Origin: Octopus vulgaris
Taxonomy: Eukaryota
Assembly (NCBI GenBank): GCA_951406725.2
Contig: OX597823.1
Location: 23,498,001 to 23,562,000, forward strand
DNA: 64,000 nt
Reading direction: 5' to 3'
Position numbers and translations under genes: made by a program. Under the pieces are notes generated by a model, which saw nothing but the letters and a program-made list of their open reading frames with translations, was not told where the DNA came from and ran no database searches. The first letter of the stretch is position 1, and every line of letters begins with the position of its first letter. This document shows, piece by piece, positions 28,939 through 44,200 of this stretch.

Positions 28939-31190
28939 GTTTAACGTCCGTTCTCCATGCTAGCATGGGTTGGACGGTTTGACCGAGGATCTGGGAAGCC
29001 AGAAGGCTGTACCAGGCTCCAGTCTTATCTGGCAATGTTTCTACAGCTGGATGCCCTTCCTAACGCCAACCACTCCGTGAGTGTAGTGGGTGCTTTTTAT
29101 GTGCCACCTGCACAGTTGCCAGGCGAGGCTGGCAATGACCACGGTCGGATTGGTGCATTTTATGTGCCACTGGCACGGAAGCCAGTCGAGGTGGCGCTGG
29201 CATCGGCCACGATTCGGATAGTGCTTTTTACGTACCACCAGTCCAGGGATCCTGGCATCTGCCGGGTGCCAGTCATAGGATTGGTTCAATTTCGATTCTG
29301 ATTTCGATTTCGATTTTACTTGCCCCAACAGGTCTTCGCAAGCAAAGGGTGCCTGTCATCGGATGAGGTCCGATATCGACTTCGCTTGCCTCAACAGGTC
29401 TTTGTGTGTCCAAGGGAGGAAAGGCATGCATAAGTGGGCTGGACTCACTTGTCCTGCCTGGTCTTCTCACGCACAGCATATTTCCAAAGGTCTCGGTCGC
29501 TGGTCATTTCCTCAGTGAGGCCTAAAGTTCGAAGGTCGTGCTTCACCACCTCGTCCCAGGTTTTCCTGGGTCTACCTCTTCCACAGGTTCCCTCAACTGC
29601 TAGGTATTGGCACTTTGTCACACACCTATCTTCATCCATTCTCGCCACATGACCATACCAGCGCAATCGTCTCTCTTGCACACCACAACTGATGCTTCTT
29701 AGGTCCATCATTTCTCTCAAGGTACTAAAATTCACTACTTATAAAAAAAATACTGCTTAGATTAAAATTTTATTAAAATATAATTAGCATGTTCCCTTAC
29801 CCCAATACTCCTTTATTAATACCAGTATATACCAATTAATCAATGTTCACAGATACCATCTTATGAGTTTGTATTTAAGTATACAATATGTATAAATATT
29901 AAGCTATTTCTGGATAATTTCTTTTCCTCCCTCTTTGTGGTAAAAGTTTGGCATATACTGAAAAGTATTCATAAATTTCTATCCTTTTGTTATAATATTC
30001 TTCTTAATAATCCTTTGAATAATCCTAAACTTTAACTGTATACAATATAGCAACATTGTTTAAAATGTTTAAAATATTTAACTATAGAGCCACATGATGA
30101 GACTTCCCTTGTTTCATTATCAATATTCTGCTAGTGGGCGACCCTCTTAATTATCAGCTAACATCTTGTTTTAAGTTTTCCCTTACTAAACCTCATGATA
30201 TTGCTTAAAATAAATCTTGATTTTTTAATGACTATACCAACTAGAATGTCTGTCTACTCCCTCAGCCCTACCCCTAACAGATACTGCCTCTGTTCTCTCA
30301 GCCTTAGATATACAAGGGATTTGATAATCTAGGCTATAAATTAAAACCGAACCCATAAAGACAAAAAAATCAGTGACAAGCAGAGTCTTCTTGATAATTT
30401 TAGTAACTTCTATGCTGAAGTAGAGACATGTTCTTTGTCTATCTCCTTAACTTCTTGGATATTTTAAGTATAATTATTTAATTAAATTCTATGTCTTTGT
30501 GCAGCTGAAAATTGCTCTACATTTTAAATTGATGTAATGATTGCATTGTTCAAATTAAATGGAGTTGCATAAAACGATCATACTGCATTACCTCTGGATA
30601 TCCTTGTTGCTTATTTTGATTTTAATCACCTTACTTTGAAATTGTATGGATAATACCATACTAAATTCTGGTGCCTCAAATTAAGTACCATATTCATCTG
30701 AATATATATATACATATATATATGTGTGTGTGTGTGTGTGTGTATACACACACACACACACACACATATATATATGTATATATGTGTTTATATATATATA
30801 TATGTATATATATGTATATAAGGTATTGGTGTCAGGAAGACCCAAAAGGTATCGGGTAAATGCTAAGAAAGTGCTATGGATAGACCATGGTTACGCTCCA
30901 GGCTTGGTAATGATACGAGTGAGGAGTCCAACATGGGTCATGTATTAGCATGCATATATATAAATTGGCAGAATGAGATACAAAAAACCGGGGCAGTAAA
31001 TTGATTTCATAACACCTCTGGATATCCTGTTGCTTATTTTGATTTTATTCACCTTAATTTAAAGTTGTACCGATAATACCACACTAATTTTTGGTGCTTC
31101 AATTTAAGTATCTAATTCATCTGAATCTCAATTATTTTGCTTATATCTTTAAATATATATATATATGTATATATATATATGTATATGTGT

Positions 31191-31272
<82 letters not shown>

Positions 31273-32904
31273 AAATGTGTATATATATATATATATTGTC
31301 TATTTACAAAATTATGCATCATATGTTTTATATCTAATGTGATGTATATGTGTGCAAGTGTGTGTATGTGCATGCATGCTTGTGAGCATGTGTGAGTGTG
31401 TGCATGCATGAGTGTGTGCATGTACATGCATGCGTGTGTGTGCATATGTGCCTGTGCGCACACATGCATTTTTCTGTTTCTTTGTTGGTAGATGAATATG
31501 AAACGTGTTTCTTCTTTTATTCTTCCAGCCAGTGATGAACAAGTTATTTTTAAAAATGCTAAGTTACCAGAGAAGGCTGTTTTTGAGAAGCTTCAGGATA
31601 AGACCTTAAAGAGGTGTCTTGAAGCTTGCCATCAATATCCAAAGTGTAATTCTTATGAGTACAATGAGAAAGCTAAGATATGTGAACTTAGTAATGTGAC
31701 TGATATGGCTGAAGAACTTAAGCCCATCTATGGAAATTGGCATGTATACATAATAAACCCAGGTCAGTAGAGTGTTTCCATTTTATCTGTGTGTATTTAG
31801 ATATACATATATGATATGTAATTATAATTGCAATAAATTTCCATCTTACTTATTGCGTACATGTCTGTGTATTTATATATGTGAAACTGTTAATCCAGAC
31901 ACATTTTTCTCTCCATTTTCTTTCCTCATTTCTTTCTGTCAAAGAGCTTAGGATAAAAACATCAAAAACTTTTCTCTTTTTTCTAAACTAATACAACTTG
32001 TTTGTTGTTCCCTCACCTGTCTCTGTCTTCTGTTGTTTGTTTTCTTACACATTTGAATCATACATGTGTGTGTGTGAAGTGTGTATTTTGTATCATCATT
32101 ATCAAAGACAACATCAGTAGTGCTTCTTTCCAGCACAATGCCAAAGTGTCCTTCTTTTATATTGATCTTGTTCCTAATTAAATGTGCTATAACTCTTTCA
32201 ATAACTCTCATGACCTGGTCCAGTAATTTGATACATTTGTAGTTGTTTCTGTCAAAGGCATCTCATTTACCTTTGTAGCAGCTGACTGTAATGCTGTTGC
32301 ACCAGTCTTTGCAGATGACACCTTTCTGAATAGCCTGATTAACTGTTTGGGTGATTAAATTGTATCCTACTCCGCCAAATATTTTAAACATCTCAGCAGT
32401 GACTCCCGATGGACCAGGGGCTTTCCCTATTTTCATATCTTTAATTTCTTTTTCTATAATACTACTGTAAACTTTAATAGCTGCTCCCTTTGTTGAGTTC
32501 ATATAGGGGAGATTCCCTTTCTCCCATTCATTCTCCACATTTAATAACTATTCGTAGTAGCACTTCCATACCTCTTTCATTGCAGAATCACTGAGTGCAA
32601 GCAAACCATTATCCATATATACACTCTTCTCTCCCTTAACATCTCAAGTCTCTAATTGTTATACCATAAGACATTGACAAATACATAAATATATATATCA
32701 AAATGTGACCGTGTGTGTACCACTGGCGATTTTTTTTCCTCCGTCTTCCCTTCTCTGGATCTTTCCTTTTCCTATGTTTCTGACAAAGAGCTCCGCTTGA
32801 AACGTAAAACCCTCCTTCTTCCCTTCCTTCCCGAGCATCCAATAATACTATATTTGTTCCATGTCCTCGCGTTGTGTTTTCTCTTTGTGTTTTCATGTTT
32901 GGAT

Positions 32905-32951
<47 letters not shown>

Positions 32952-35900
32952 CAACCCATGCTAGCATGGAAAGCGGACGTTAAACGATGATGATGATGAT
33001 GATGATGATATAAAGAAGCATTGGTTATAGAATAAACATTAAATTTGGGTCAACGACTTTATATACAACACCATACCTCAAACATTTAATCATATATAAA
33101 AATCACCATAGTTCCCAAACACAAAAAATAATACATATACATAAAATCACAGAAGGTAAAAATATATAATCAAATTAAATACAAATAGAGCGGCCAAGCA
33201 AAATGTTAACTATAAACAGCTAAAAATTCAAAAACTACTAAAAAACCTAATAGACAAATACAGAATAAGTAAAGGTAAAAATAAAATAAAATAAAATGTC
33301 CACCGACTAAAAAAGTTTTATCAGATAATTAAAATATTAAAAAAAAAATTTTTTTTTAATTAAAAAAAATATTTGAAAAAAGTCTTTTACTTCCTCACAT
33401 TTATATTTTCTTTGTCTCATTTATATTTGAGCACTTCTTTTGCAGTGTCCTATAAACCCTTTTGTTTCTATAAAAAGAGACAATATTATTTCTTGTTATA
33501 TATATATATATTTAGCAAGACATTGGCAAATATAAATATATATACAGCAAGACACCTATTTCTGCCTCTATTTCTCTGCTACACTCTCACCTTTCATCAT
33601 TTGATACTGGATCACTTCCTCTGATGCCCCCACTGTTGTGGCAGGACACCTGCTTCTGTTTCTCTGTCTCTTTGCCACACTCTAACTTTCATCCTCTGAC
33701 ACAAATGTCCTGCTCCTCTCATAATTCCTTGTCTTGTGAGTTACTTGGTTATCCTGCCAGTGTTGGTGCCAGATTAAAAGCATCCAGTCTACACTGTAAC
33801 ATGATTGGCATTTGGAAGGGCATCCAGCTGTAAAAACCTTATCAAAACTAACTTTGCCTGTGCTAGTGCCATGTAAAAAGCACCAAGTCCACTCTGTAGA
33901 GTGGTTGGTGTTAGGAAGGGCATCTAACCGAAAAATCTTTGCCAAAACAGACACAGTAGCCTTGGGTAGATTTTCTACCTGGCCAACTCCTGTCAACCGT
34001 CCTACCCATGCATGCATGGAGGATGGGACGTTAAACGATGATGATGAAGATATGTATATATGTGTGTGTGTGTATGCACACACATACAGATAGATAGATA
34101 GATGTGAATATATATATATATATGTATATAATAAGTGCAGGAGTGTCTGTGTGGTAAGTAGCTTGCTTACAAACCACATGGTTCCACTGCGTGACACCTT
34201 GGGTATGTGTCTTCTACTATAGCCTCGGACTGACCAAAGCCTTGTGAGTGGATTTGGTAGGTAGAAACTGAAAGAAGCCTGTCATATATACATATATGTA
34301 TATATGTGTATGTGTGTTTTTGTGTCTGTGTTTGTCCCTCCAACATCGCTCGACAACCTGATGCTGGTGTGTTTATGTCCTTGTAACTTAGTGATTTGGC
34401 AAAAGTGACCGATGGAATTAGTACTAGGCTTACAAAGAATAAGTCCTGGGGTTGATTTGCATGGCTGCAGTCAAATGACAAACCAGTAAAAGAACACACA
34501 CACACACACACACACACATACACACATACGCACACACATACACACACACACATATAGATAGCTAGATGGATTAAGCAGAAATGAAAAGGCAAACAGACAA
34601 GGACATTTAATTTAGATAAATAATAAAAAGTTATACATAGTCTCTAACATCTCTATGAATATTTCATCATTGGAGGGAAATAGGTTAAACAGATGTTACA
34701 GTGGATAAATATTATTTATCAATGATATTATTGTGGCTCATTTTGTCAAGAGAGAGAAAAAAATTGGTTATGTCCATTAATAGAATCAAAACAGAGGGAC
34801 TGGTTTCATTATAATGCATTGTGAGGGAAAAGGGATGTTAGCAGTACCAGTGTTGAATAAAGACTGAAGGGAACAATGAGTATGTTACACTGTAGTGGGA
34901 GGAAGACAGATTGATGCTTGGTATTACATATATACTAATCGGTATAGCAAGGGGTACTCTTGTCCAGATAGTTCAGGAGGTGCATGTGCAAAGACAAATA
35001 GATAAGGGATAAAGAAAAGCAGATGTCAAACCTACAGGTTGGGTAGCAAAGGGATAGAGGGATGCAGTTGTGGGGGTAGTAAAGCAGTGTTACAAAGATA
35101 AAAGAAGTCTGATGTAGTCTGTGGTCTGATAATAATGAAGGGAAAGGGTGAATCGAGGCTAGATTAGGTGTTATAGTGCTCGAAATAGATATCTGTACTA
35201 GCAAACAAAAGATTTTAAAAAACTGAAATAAAAATTAAGATTAAAAATACAAAACAATTAAAATAAAGAACATAAAAATTAAGATTAAAATAAAAATTAA
35301 AAATTAAGATTTGAGTATTTGTGGTGTTAATGAAGATACATTCCCATTGAATATCAAGGGATAAAATTAAATAATTAGAGGATAAATCCAAAATCAGTCG
35401 AAGGTAAATATAGATATAAATGGCAGTGCCCCAGCATGGCCACAGCCTGTGAGCTGAAACTAGATGAAATAAAAATAAATAAATAATTAAATGGATAGAG
35501 TAGGGATGTTTAATTACTAAGTATAGTGAAATTAAAGGGGCCAAGGAATGAAGAAAATATAATATACTGTTATAGGGATCTCCTGCCCTACTGATGTGAA
35601 TATCTCTAAAAAAATCAAAGAGAAAGAGAACTATGAACAAATAGTTCAAAATCCCCAGCTTCTTTGCCCAGAATATATAAATTCACATTTATACCAATTA
35701 TAATAATTAGTCTTGTAAGTAAATACCTATTTGACAAACAGAAAAGGCTAGATTTTTGGGACAATAAAAAATCAGCTAGCACACATGCTCATTACAAACC
35801 AAATCTATAAGCAAAACAATGAAAACATTTCTCAAATTCAAAGTGTGAATTTATTTTTATTTCCATTCTAATGATGGAGTTTTGTGTCTTTGTTAGAAAC

Positions 35901-38900
35901 AAGGTCCTTCCTTACAGAAAGACCTCAAAAAATTAAAAACAGAAGAGAACACACATGCATGAATGTATTGTGCATGTATGTATTTATATCTGTGCATAAA
36001 TTTCTTCAATTTCTTTCAGTTGGTATCTTTATTATAGTTTTGTTATCTCATTTTCACCGTCCTCTTCACATACATGCTATATTGATATTAGTTTCTGTTA
36101 TCATTTTCAGTTTACTCAAAGATTGACTGTGGACCTCCAAAAGATGTTGCTGGTGCATTCATGTCGTACAAAACCACCACCTATAAATCTAAAGTGAGCT
36201 ATACTTGCCCAAAGGAAGAAAAACTAAAGTCAGTTTGTGAAAAGGACAGCAAATGGGCTCAGGTAGCGCCTGTTTGTAAAGGTAACATAAATAGCTTCTG
36301 TCTTGTTGCTGTTTTGTTTTATTTTTGTGTTAAATGATCTTATCAGAGGAACAATGACTTTGTGCATGACAATTTCCATTATCTATGTGGCCAATGGAAG
36401 GGAGAGGGGAAACTATTCTCAAACCATAGTCCTTTCCAAATGGATGTAACAGAGTAAACTCCATTGATTCTATCCAAGGGTCAGGTAATGGTATTAATTT
36501 TGGTGATGGATTAAGCCTGCTAATTAAAAAGTGGGAATGTGTCATTTTATTTATTTGAGCAGGATTCCCTACAGTGTCCATCAACCAGATTTCATTCTTA
36601 GTTGTGATGCAAATTTTTAATCACATGACCTACACTCCACCCAGGACCACAGGGTTATGAAGTAACCTTCTTGACCTCACTGTACATCTCTTAATTTCTA
36701 GGATAACCATTTTTTCACCTGTACCATGTTTACTAGAATTCAGTAATCTTCTGGAACAGCCTTCCAATGCTCTAATGATTCTTCCAGTGCACCATCCTTA
36801 ATTATAATAAATACAACTAATAAAAATAACAGTCCTTAATTTATTTACAAAGTCCAAGAATTTGTGATGGCTTTTGCCATTGACTTCTGTATTTGACTGT
36901 TAATGTTATTTTATCAACCCCACCAAATGAATATAAGCAAAGTTGACCTTGACTGGATTTGAACTTGGAACATAAAGAGCTTGAATACATAATGCAAAAG
37001 ATTTCTTCCAATGTTCTAAAGATTCTTTGAGTTCACAATCCTTAATTATGAAAATAATAATAACGATTGCTTTTATGTATATATACATAAGTCTATATAC
37101 CCTTCTCTTGCCCCCTCCCATGGCCTGCAATCTGTATCCTCTCTTATGTTCACCTTCTTGTACCTTAAGAGATTGCTCTAGTACCCCATCACCACCTTCC
37201 TTTTATCTCCTTCATCCAAGTATCTCCTCTATAGCAAGACATCTGTGCTTTTTCCTCTATTATACTTTAGCTTTACAACACCTGGCATGTAGCCATCCAC
37301 CTCCACCTTGCATTCTCAAATACTCTCCTCTTAGTAGTGAGAGGTTTTTCTTTTTTTCTGTTCTTTTTCTCTTTTACAAGTTGACATGACAACCTCTCTT
37401 GTGCTAGTGGTATGAAAATAGCAACAAGCACACCCTGTAATGTGGTTGGCATTATGTAAACCATTCCAAAGCTGACACTGAAGTTCAGCTTGGCCTTGGA
37501 GCTCACCGGACCATGTCAAACTGTCCAACCTATGCCAGCAGGGAAAAGATGTTAAATGATGATGAAGTAGTAGTATTTGAAGATTTTCTTATAAATTATT
37601 ATCTATTATTAAAAGAAACTTAGAATCAGAGAATGATACAAAAATTTTGGAATGAAGTTTTTGTATAGCGTACAAGCACTTTCAATGTTCAGTTTTTCAC
37701 AGACACATTATGGATATCGTTATTGAGGGTGTTGTTTTTAGTAATAATGTTGACTCTTTCCAGTTTAGTTTTGGATGCTACCTGCATTATTTGTACATCT
37801 GACATGAATTTTCCCTTTGTTAGGAGTGTTTTGAGGTTTGGTGGTTGTCTTCTGAGGTTGGAAAGTTGTGATACTTAAATTATTTTTCAGAGATTCAATA
37901 ACTAATGTAAAATTAGAAGGTATTATTTAGTAGAGTGTATGATGTGGTTTCTAGGATTATGAGTGACTACAAATGAAATATTAATATTTGTGTTATTGTT
38001 TCCACTCTCATTGTGAGTGTTTTTTCCTAAGACAGAAACTGGAATATCTTTTGCTTTGGTTAGGCATGAATTATTAAATTTTGTGGGGTTATTTTTGTTT
38101 CTGAGGGAAATAAAACTAAACCAAAAATAGTCAGTACCATCACTAAAAACAAATTCCTCTATGTTGATTATCTCATAAAACGTGTTTGAAAAATTGAACT
38201 ATGAAAGCTTTTACCCACAGTACAAAATCTTCATTTGTAAAGGTTTGTGGCATTGTGTTTTATTAAAAAGTTTTTTAAATAGTAAAATAACTTTGAAGAA
38301 AATCACTCTTTAAATATTGTGACCGTATCAAGTATTTTTGCTAGAATTTTGAAGTACAGGGGTTGGACAAAATTATGAAAACACCTTAAAATTTCAAACA
38401 AATTTATTTTAATATGGGGTAAGACTGCCTTTGACAGTAATTACAGCTTGAATTCTATGAGGTATGAACTCATACAAAGGTTGAATTGTTTCCAAAGGAA
38501 TTTTTGTCCATTCTTCAGCTAAAACAGTCTCCAGTTCTTGTAGTGATAGTGGAGGATATTGACTATTTACTTGTTTTTCTATAATGCACCATAAATGCTC
38601 AATAATATTGAGATCTGGGGACTGTGGTGGCCAGATAAGATGCTCAACTTAACTAGAATGTTCCTCATGCCGTTCAGTAACAACTTTAGCTGTGTGAATT
38701 GGTGCATTATCATCCTGAAAGCTTGCATTTCCCTCTGGAAACTGTTCCACTACCATAAAATGAATTTGATAAGATAAAATGCTTGAATAGTCTTGACTAT
38801 TAATTCTGCCATGAAGGGATACCATTGGGTCGGCAGATTTCCAAGATATAGTCCCCCAGATCATCACAGATCCTCCTCCATGTTTAACAGTTGGAAGAAG

Positions 38901-41238
38901 GCAGTCTGGGTCAGATGCTTCTTTTGGTTGTCTCCACACACATACTTGACCGGTGGTTGGAAATATGGTAAAGGATGACTCATCCGAGAAAATAACATTC
39001 TTCCACTACTCTAGGGACCAATTCTGTAGGTTTTTACTCCATTCTAAATGCTTTGCAACGTTTGTTTTTCAAAGTAGTGTTTTTCTGATTGCAGCCCTCT
39101 CATGAAATCCGGCTTTGTGCATCTCCCTGCGAACAGTTTTTGTGGAAACTGGGTTCTCAAGGTGGTCATTAAGCTCTGCTGTAATTTTGGGAGCTGTACT
39201 TTTGTGATCCTTTCTAACAATTTGCATAAGAGTCCAACGGTCCCTATCTGGAAGTTTTTTTTTTTCTGGAGTTATCTTTTGACGAGGAGATTTTTTCCTC
39301 TTTCTCAAAGGCTGTCATTACTTTTGAGACAGTACTTCCTGATACACCAAACACTTCAGCTGTTTTCATTACACCAATGCCTGCCATACGAGCACCAACA
39401 ATTTGATCTCATTTAATGAATTTTAATTACCTTTTTCTGATGATATCGGAAAAAACCCCCAGCAGTTTTAGCAAAACATAATAAGCAACACTAATAATAA
39501 AATAAAAATCATAAAAATAAACAAGCTTTTGATGGTTTTATAGATATTTCAAAATTATGATGCTAGGTGTTTCCATTATTTTGTCCAACCCCTGTATATA
39601 TGTACATACGTATTCTGTTTTTTTTTTTTCAAGATTTCTTGCCAATAGAGAGAGAGCTGCTTTCTAACCTAGATCCAAGGCTTCTTCATTAGAATTTCAA
39701 CAACATCGACAGAGTATTTTTGCATGTGTGTGTATATGTGCAATATTTGGAGTTTGTGTGTATGCAGATTTCTATATTTTGTTTTATGTATATATTCTCA
39801 TGCATATAGTTGCATGTCTAGACATGCACATATATGATAAATGATAAACTTCTGAAAAATTTTACAAATTTTTTCTGTTCCAGTGATGGCTTGGATCTGT
39901 TGTCTTTGAATCAGCTTTCGTCTTTCTAGTTTTGAGAGGCCTAATTTCTTAAGATTAGTACTTAGGCAGTGAATTACATAGCCCAGTGCCACAATAACAA
40001 GTATAAATCTAAACTCATTATCTGGGTAGAATAACTCGATTTCGCAATAGTAAGGTATTTTCTCTTTTCATTATCTTTAGCTTTATGTTAATGTTCACTG
40101 GGCAGCTGATTTTCACTACTGTACACAGTTTCTCTTCTCAATCCCAAATCACTATGTCAGGTCTATTATGTTAACATTCTATTGAGGCTTTCACTGGGAC
40201 ATTCCACCTGTACTCCTTATGAGTGGCTATGGCTTCTACCATACTGTGGGTTCTTATTTCTTTGGCCTCAAGGTTATCCTTCTGCCAGATCACATTATAC
40301 AGTTCTTAGCTACAATATTATGTCTCATTGGAGGATAATACCATGATGCCATTTTTAGATAACTGATTACAATACAGGTGGTATCTTCAGTGTTAACGCC
40401 ACAAAGTTTGCATTGGCTATCTCATTTTGGTGCTTTTCCTGTCTCTCTGTCTCTTTTGTGCATCAGCTATTTGGTTGATATTTCCTGTTTCTGGATTGCA
40501 GATGCATACCCTTTAAAGTGATAGTTAATATTCCAGTTGTTAGTCTATAATAGACTCCTTCTGATTATCAATGTTACTATTATTCCAGTGTTTTCTGTTA
40601 ACATATCCATGCATGGTCTTCTGCTCATACAGGCTCATCCTTTCATTTGACGATACATTGTGGTAGAATTGTGTGACTTCTTTGGGCATGTATTCAAGGT
40701 TATCAGACAAGGAATACTGTTTTCCAAGTCTCATGATGTTATCTGCCTCATGCATGCACACTTGGTCAAGGGAGGTACTTCAGAACTTGATGGTTAAGAA
40801 ATGTTGCTGGAGGGATATGATATGACATTCAAAGGCAATTTGGATCCATCTGGAAAATATTTATTTTAACATGAGAATGATGAAGTAAAAAGTGTGTTTT
40901 TGTGTGTTCAAACTCTGCTTGTCTCCATTGTATGGCATTCTATAGTGATACCTACTTATATAGCAGAAACATATGTCAAAATTTCATTCGCTGAAAAAAA
41001 TTTTAATTAAAAATGTATAATTCTACATTCTTTATTGTCTTTCTAATATTCTCTAGAATTTTACATGAAATCCTTTGAAGTGAACTCAAGATTTACCAAT
41101 CAAAAGGAGTACAACTATAATTGTTTATTCTAAATGATTATAAATGTTTCCTAATATTTGATGTTGTTAGCTAAGTCAGGATTTTAGCAAATGCTTGTAA
41201 GGTATCTGCTTGAGTTCAAAATCACTATTTTTGTGCTA

Positions 41239-41275
<37 letters not shown>

Positions 41276-44200
41276 AATGCATGCATGCACACAAGTATAT
41301 ATTTGTAGATACATGTATACATATATATATATTTATGTCTATGTGATGATTTTTCAGTTTGTTTCACTTAGTATATTTATTCTGAATTTGTCATTGTCTC
41401 CTCATTCTTGTCCTCCTCCTAATATACATGTACTGTTGGTATCAATCTCTCTTTTTCAATTTCAGGTTATGCATCTGTTAACTGTGGAACTCCAAAAGAA
41501 GTTGCTAATGCATCAATGTCCTACAAAACCACCATCTATAAATCTGAAGTGATCTATGCTTGCCCAAACGGAGAAAAACTGAAGTCAGTATGTAAGCAGA
41601 ACAACAAATGGAGTCCAGTTACATCCTCTTGTAAAGGTAATGTAAATTCTATCTTCCTATCTCCATCTAGGTAATTTTGTTTAATTTTTCTGTTAAATGT
41701 CTTTGTCAGAGGAAGACTGACTGAATATATAACAATGTTCAGTGTGTTTGTGGCTAGTGGGAAGGACAGAATAAGTTACCCTTAGACCTCAGTACTCCCC
41801 CAAAATTCTTGCAATAGAATGAACTCTATTAATTCTACACAAGAGCCAAGTAATGTTACTAAATCAGGTGATGGATTATATCTGCCAACTAAGACCTGGA
41901 AGTATAGTTGCTTATACATTCCAGCAGACTTCCACATAGTTTCCATTCACTAAATTTCATTTATAAGTCTTAGTTGTGAAGTGAAGTTTTAACTATACAG
42001 ACAAAACTCCATCTACTCCACATTGTTGTTAATTGAACTTATTACCTCCCTAGCTATACCTAAGCTCATCTAGGCTGACTTTCTCTGAATTTCTGACTTG
42101 ACCTTTCTCACCCATAATTTGTGTCATCATTTAAAATGCTGTACAATCCTCTAAAACAGACTTTTGTTGCTCTTGTTCTCTTCCAATCACCCTTAATTAT
42201 AATAATATTTTAAAAAATTATAATGCTTTGTGATTTTGGCGCAAAGCCAAGAAATTTTGATGAGAGGTGTTTAGTCAAACTCTAACCTTTCATCATATAA
42301 TACTAGATCACCTCCTCCAGTGCCCCTCTGTTATAGCAAGACACCTGTTTCTGCCTCTGTTTCTTTGTCACACTCTCCCCTTTCACCCTCTGGCAACAAA
42401 GGGCCTCCCTCTCAGAGTGAAAGGCTGATTGTATGATGTCTGTGTGTGAACAGCTATGTTGCATGGCAGGGAAACATGGGCTGTGACAGCCAAGGACATG
42501 CATAGTCTTGAAAGAAATTAAGCCAGTATGCTTTACTAAATGTGCAATGTCAGTGTGCATGTTCGACAGAGTGTAAGCATCTTGAGAGAAAAGTTAGGAA
42601 TAAGAGGCATCAGATGTGGTGTGCAAGAGATGACTGTGCTGATATGATCATGTGATGCATTTGGATGAGGACAACTGTGTAAATAAGTGCTGATCTCTAA
42701 CTGTGGAGGGAACCTGTAGTAGAGGTAGACCCAGGAAGATGTGGACTGAGGTGGTGAAGCATGATCTTTGCACTTTGAGCCTCACATAGACAGTGACTAG
42801 TGACCGAGACCTTTGGCGATGTGCTGTGTTTGTGAGGACCCATCAAGCCAAATGCACCCGTGCTGGTGGCATATAAAGAACACCTTTCAAGCATTGGGCC
42901 TCATGGAGGCAAAGTGGGTGAGTTCTTTTCAAGTGTTGGACCTCACAGAGGCAGTGACTGAGACCTTTGGTATTGTGTCATACGTGAGAGGAAAACCCAT
43001 CAAGCTGAGCAAAATTGCAGTCATGGCAGATAGCAGTGTCACACAAATTGGCACCTGTGCCAGTTGCACATAAAAGCACCCCAGTGTCATGCAAATGGCA
43101 TCCATACCAGTGGCATGTTAAAGCACCCATTACACTCTTGGAGTGGCTGGCGTTAGGAAGGGAATCCAGCTATAGAAAACCATGCCAAATTGGACTGGAA
43201 TCTGGTGCAGTCTTCCAGCATACCAGCCTGGTCAAACCATCCAACCCATGCCAGCATGGACAATAAACGTTAAATGATGATGATAAGAAACACTTATTTT
43301 CACCTGCAGATGGGTGTAGACCACATTACTCTCATAAGAGCAGGAAGGAAGGTGGCCTGAGAATTTTGTGATTTGAGTAACTTCCTAAAATATAGAAATG
43401 CCACCTCACTCTAATAGATTATGTATTATTTAGATATATAACTAAACATAATTAGAGAAAGCAATGAGAAAATGTGATATTTAACTGTTAAATGAACTGA
43501 ATCAGTTGCACCCACTCAATTTATATTTATACTAAAAGAATAACAAAGGGAAAATACTCAGGGTCACTTCCTGCATGGAGGCAAATAGTAAAGTGGCTAG
43601 TTGTTGAACAAAGATATTATGACTACATAAAATTTCACCCCTATTGGATGTTAAACTTACGTTAATGTCTTATTCTGGTTTTGAAATTCAGAAGAGACAT
43701 CCTCATGAAGAAAATTTGTTTTCTTTTTTTGTTATCTCAATAAAAGTATAATTTTGATTAATTAAAATTTCTTAATTTGCATCAATAACTTGTAAAGTGT
43801 CTATATTTATATTAATTCACTAGAAATACTGATGTAAATGAAAATAATTTAGCTTTCCTGTGCAAAACACAGTAAAATCAATAAAGTGATGTGTTATTGT
43901 CCTTGCCATAACTAATTCTATTTAGTTACACTCCTTTACATTCTGTGTTCAAATCCAACCAGGATTTTCTTCGTGTTTCATATTTCTGTGATTGACAAAA
44001 AACCATTAATAATGTACTAAGATAGATTTCTTCATGTGTATTCTCACCATAGAATGTGTGGCCTTGTGTTTCAGCTGGGATCTATTAACATTAAGATTGT
44101 TAAATCCAACAATCATAATTCTGCTTTTCACTCTGCTAGTAAGTTAGAGCATGTGTTACACTGTTGAGCTGTTATCACTAAAAATTTGTGTTCTAATTAA

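Noticed and set aside
34137-34210. tRNA-like sequence
   Set aside because: SINE head with degraded B-box and no cloverleaf; not a tRNA gene.
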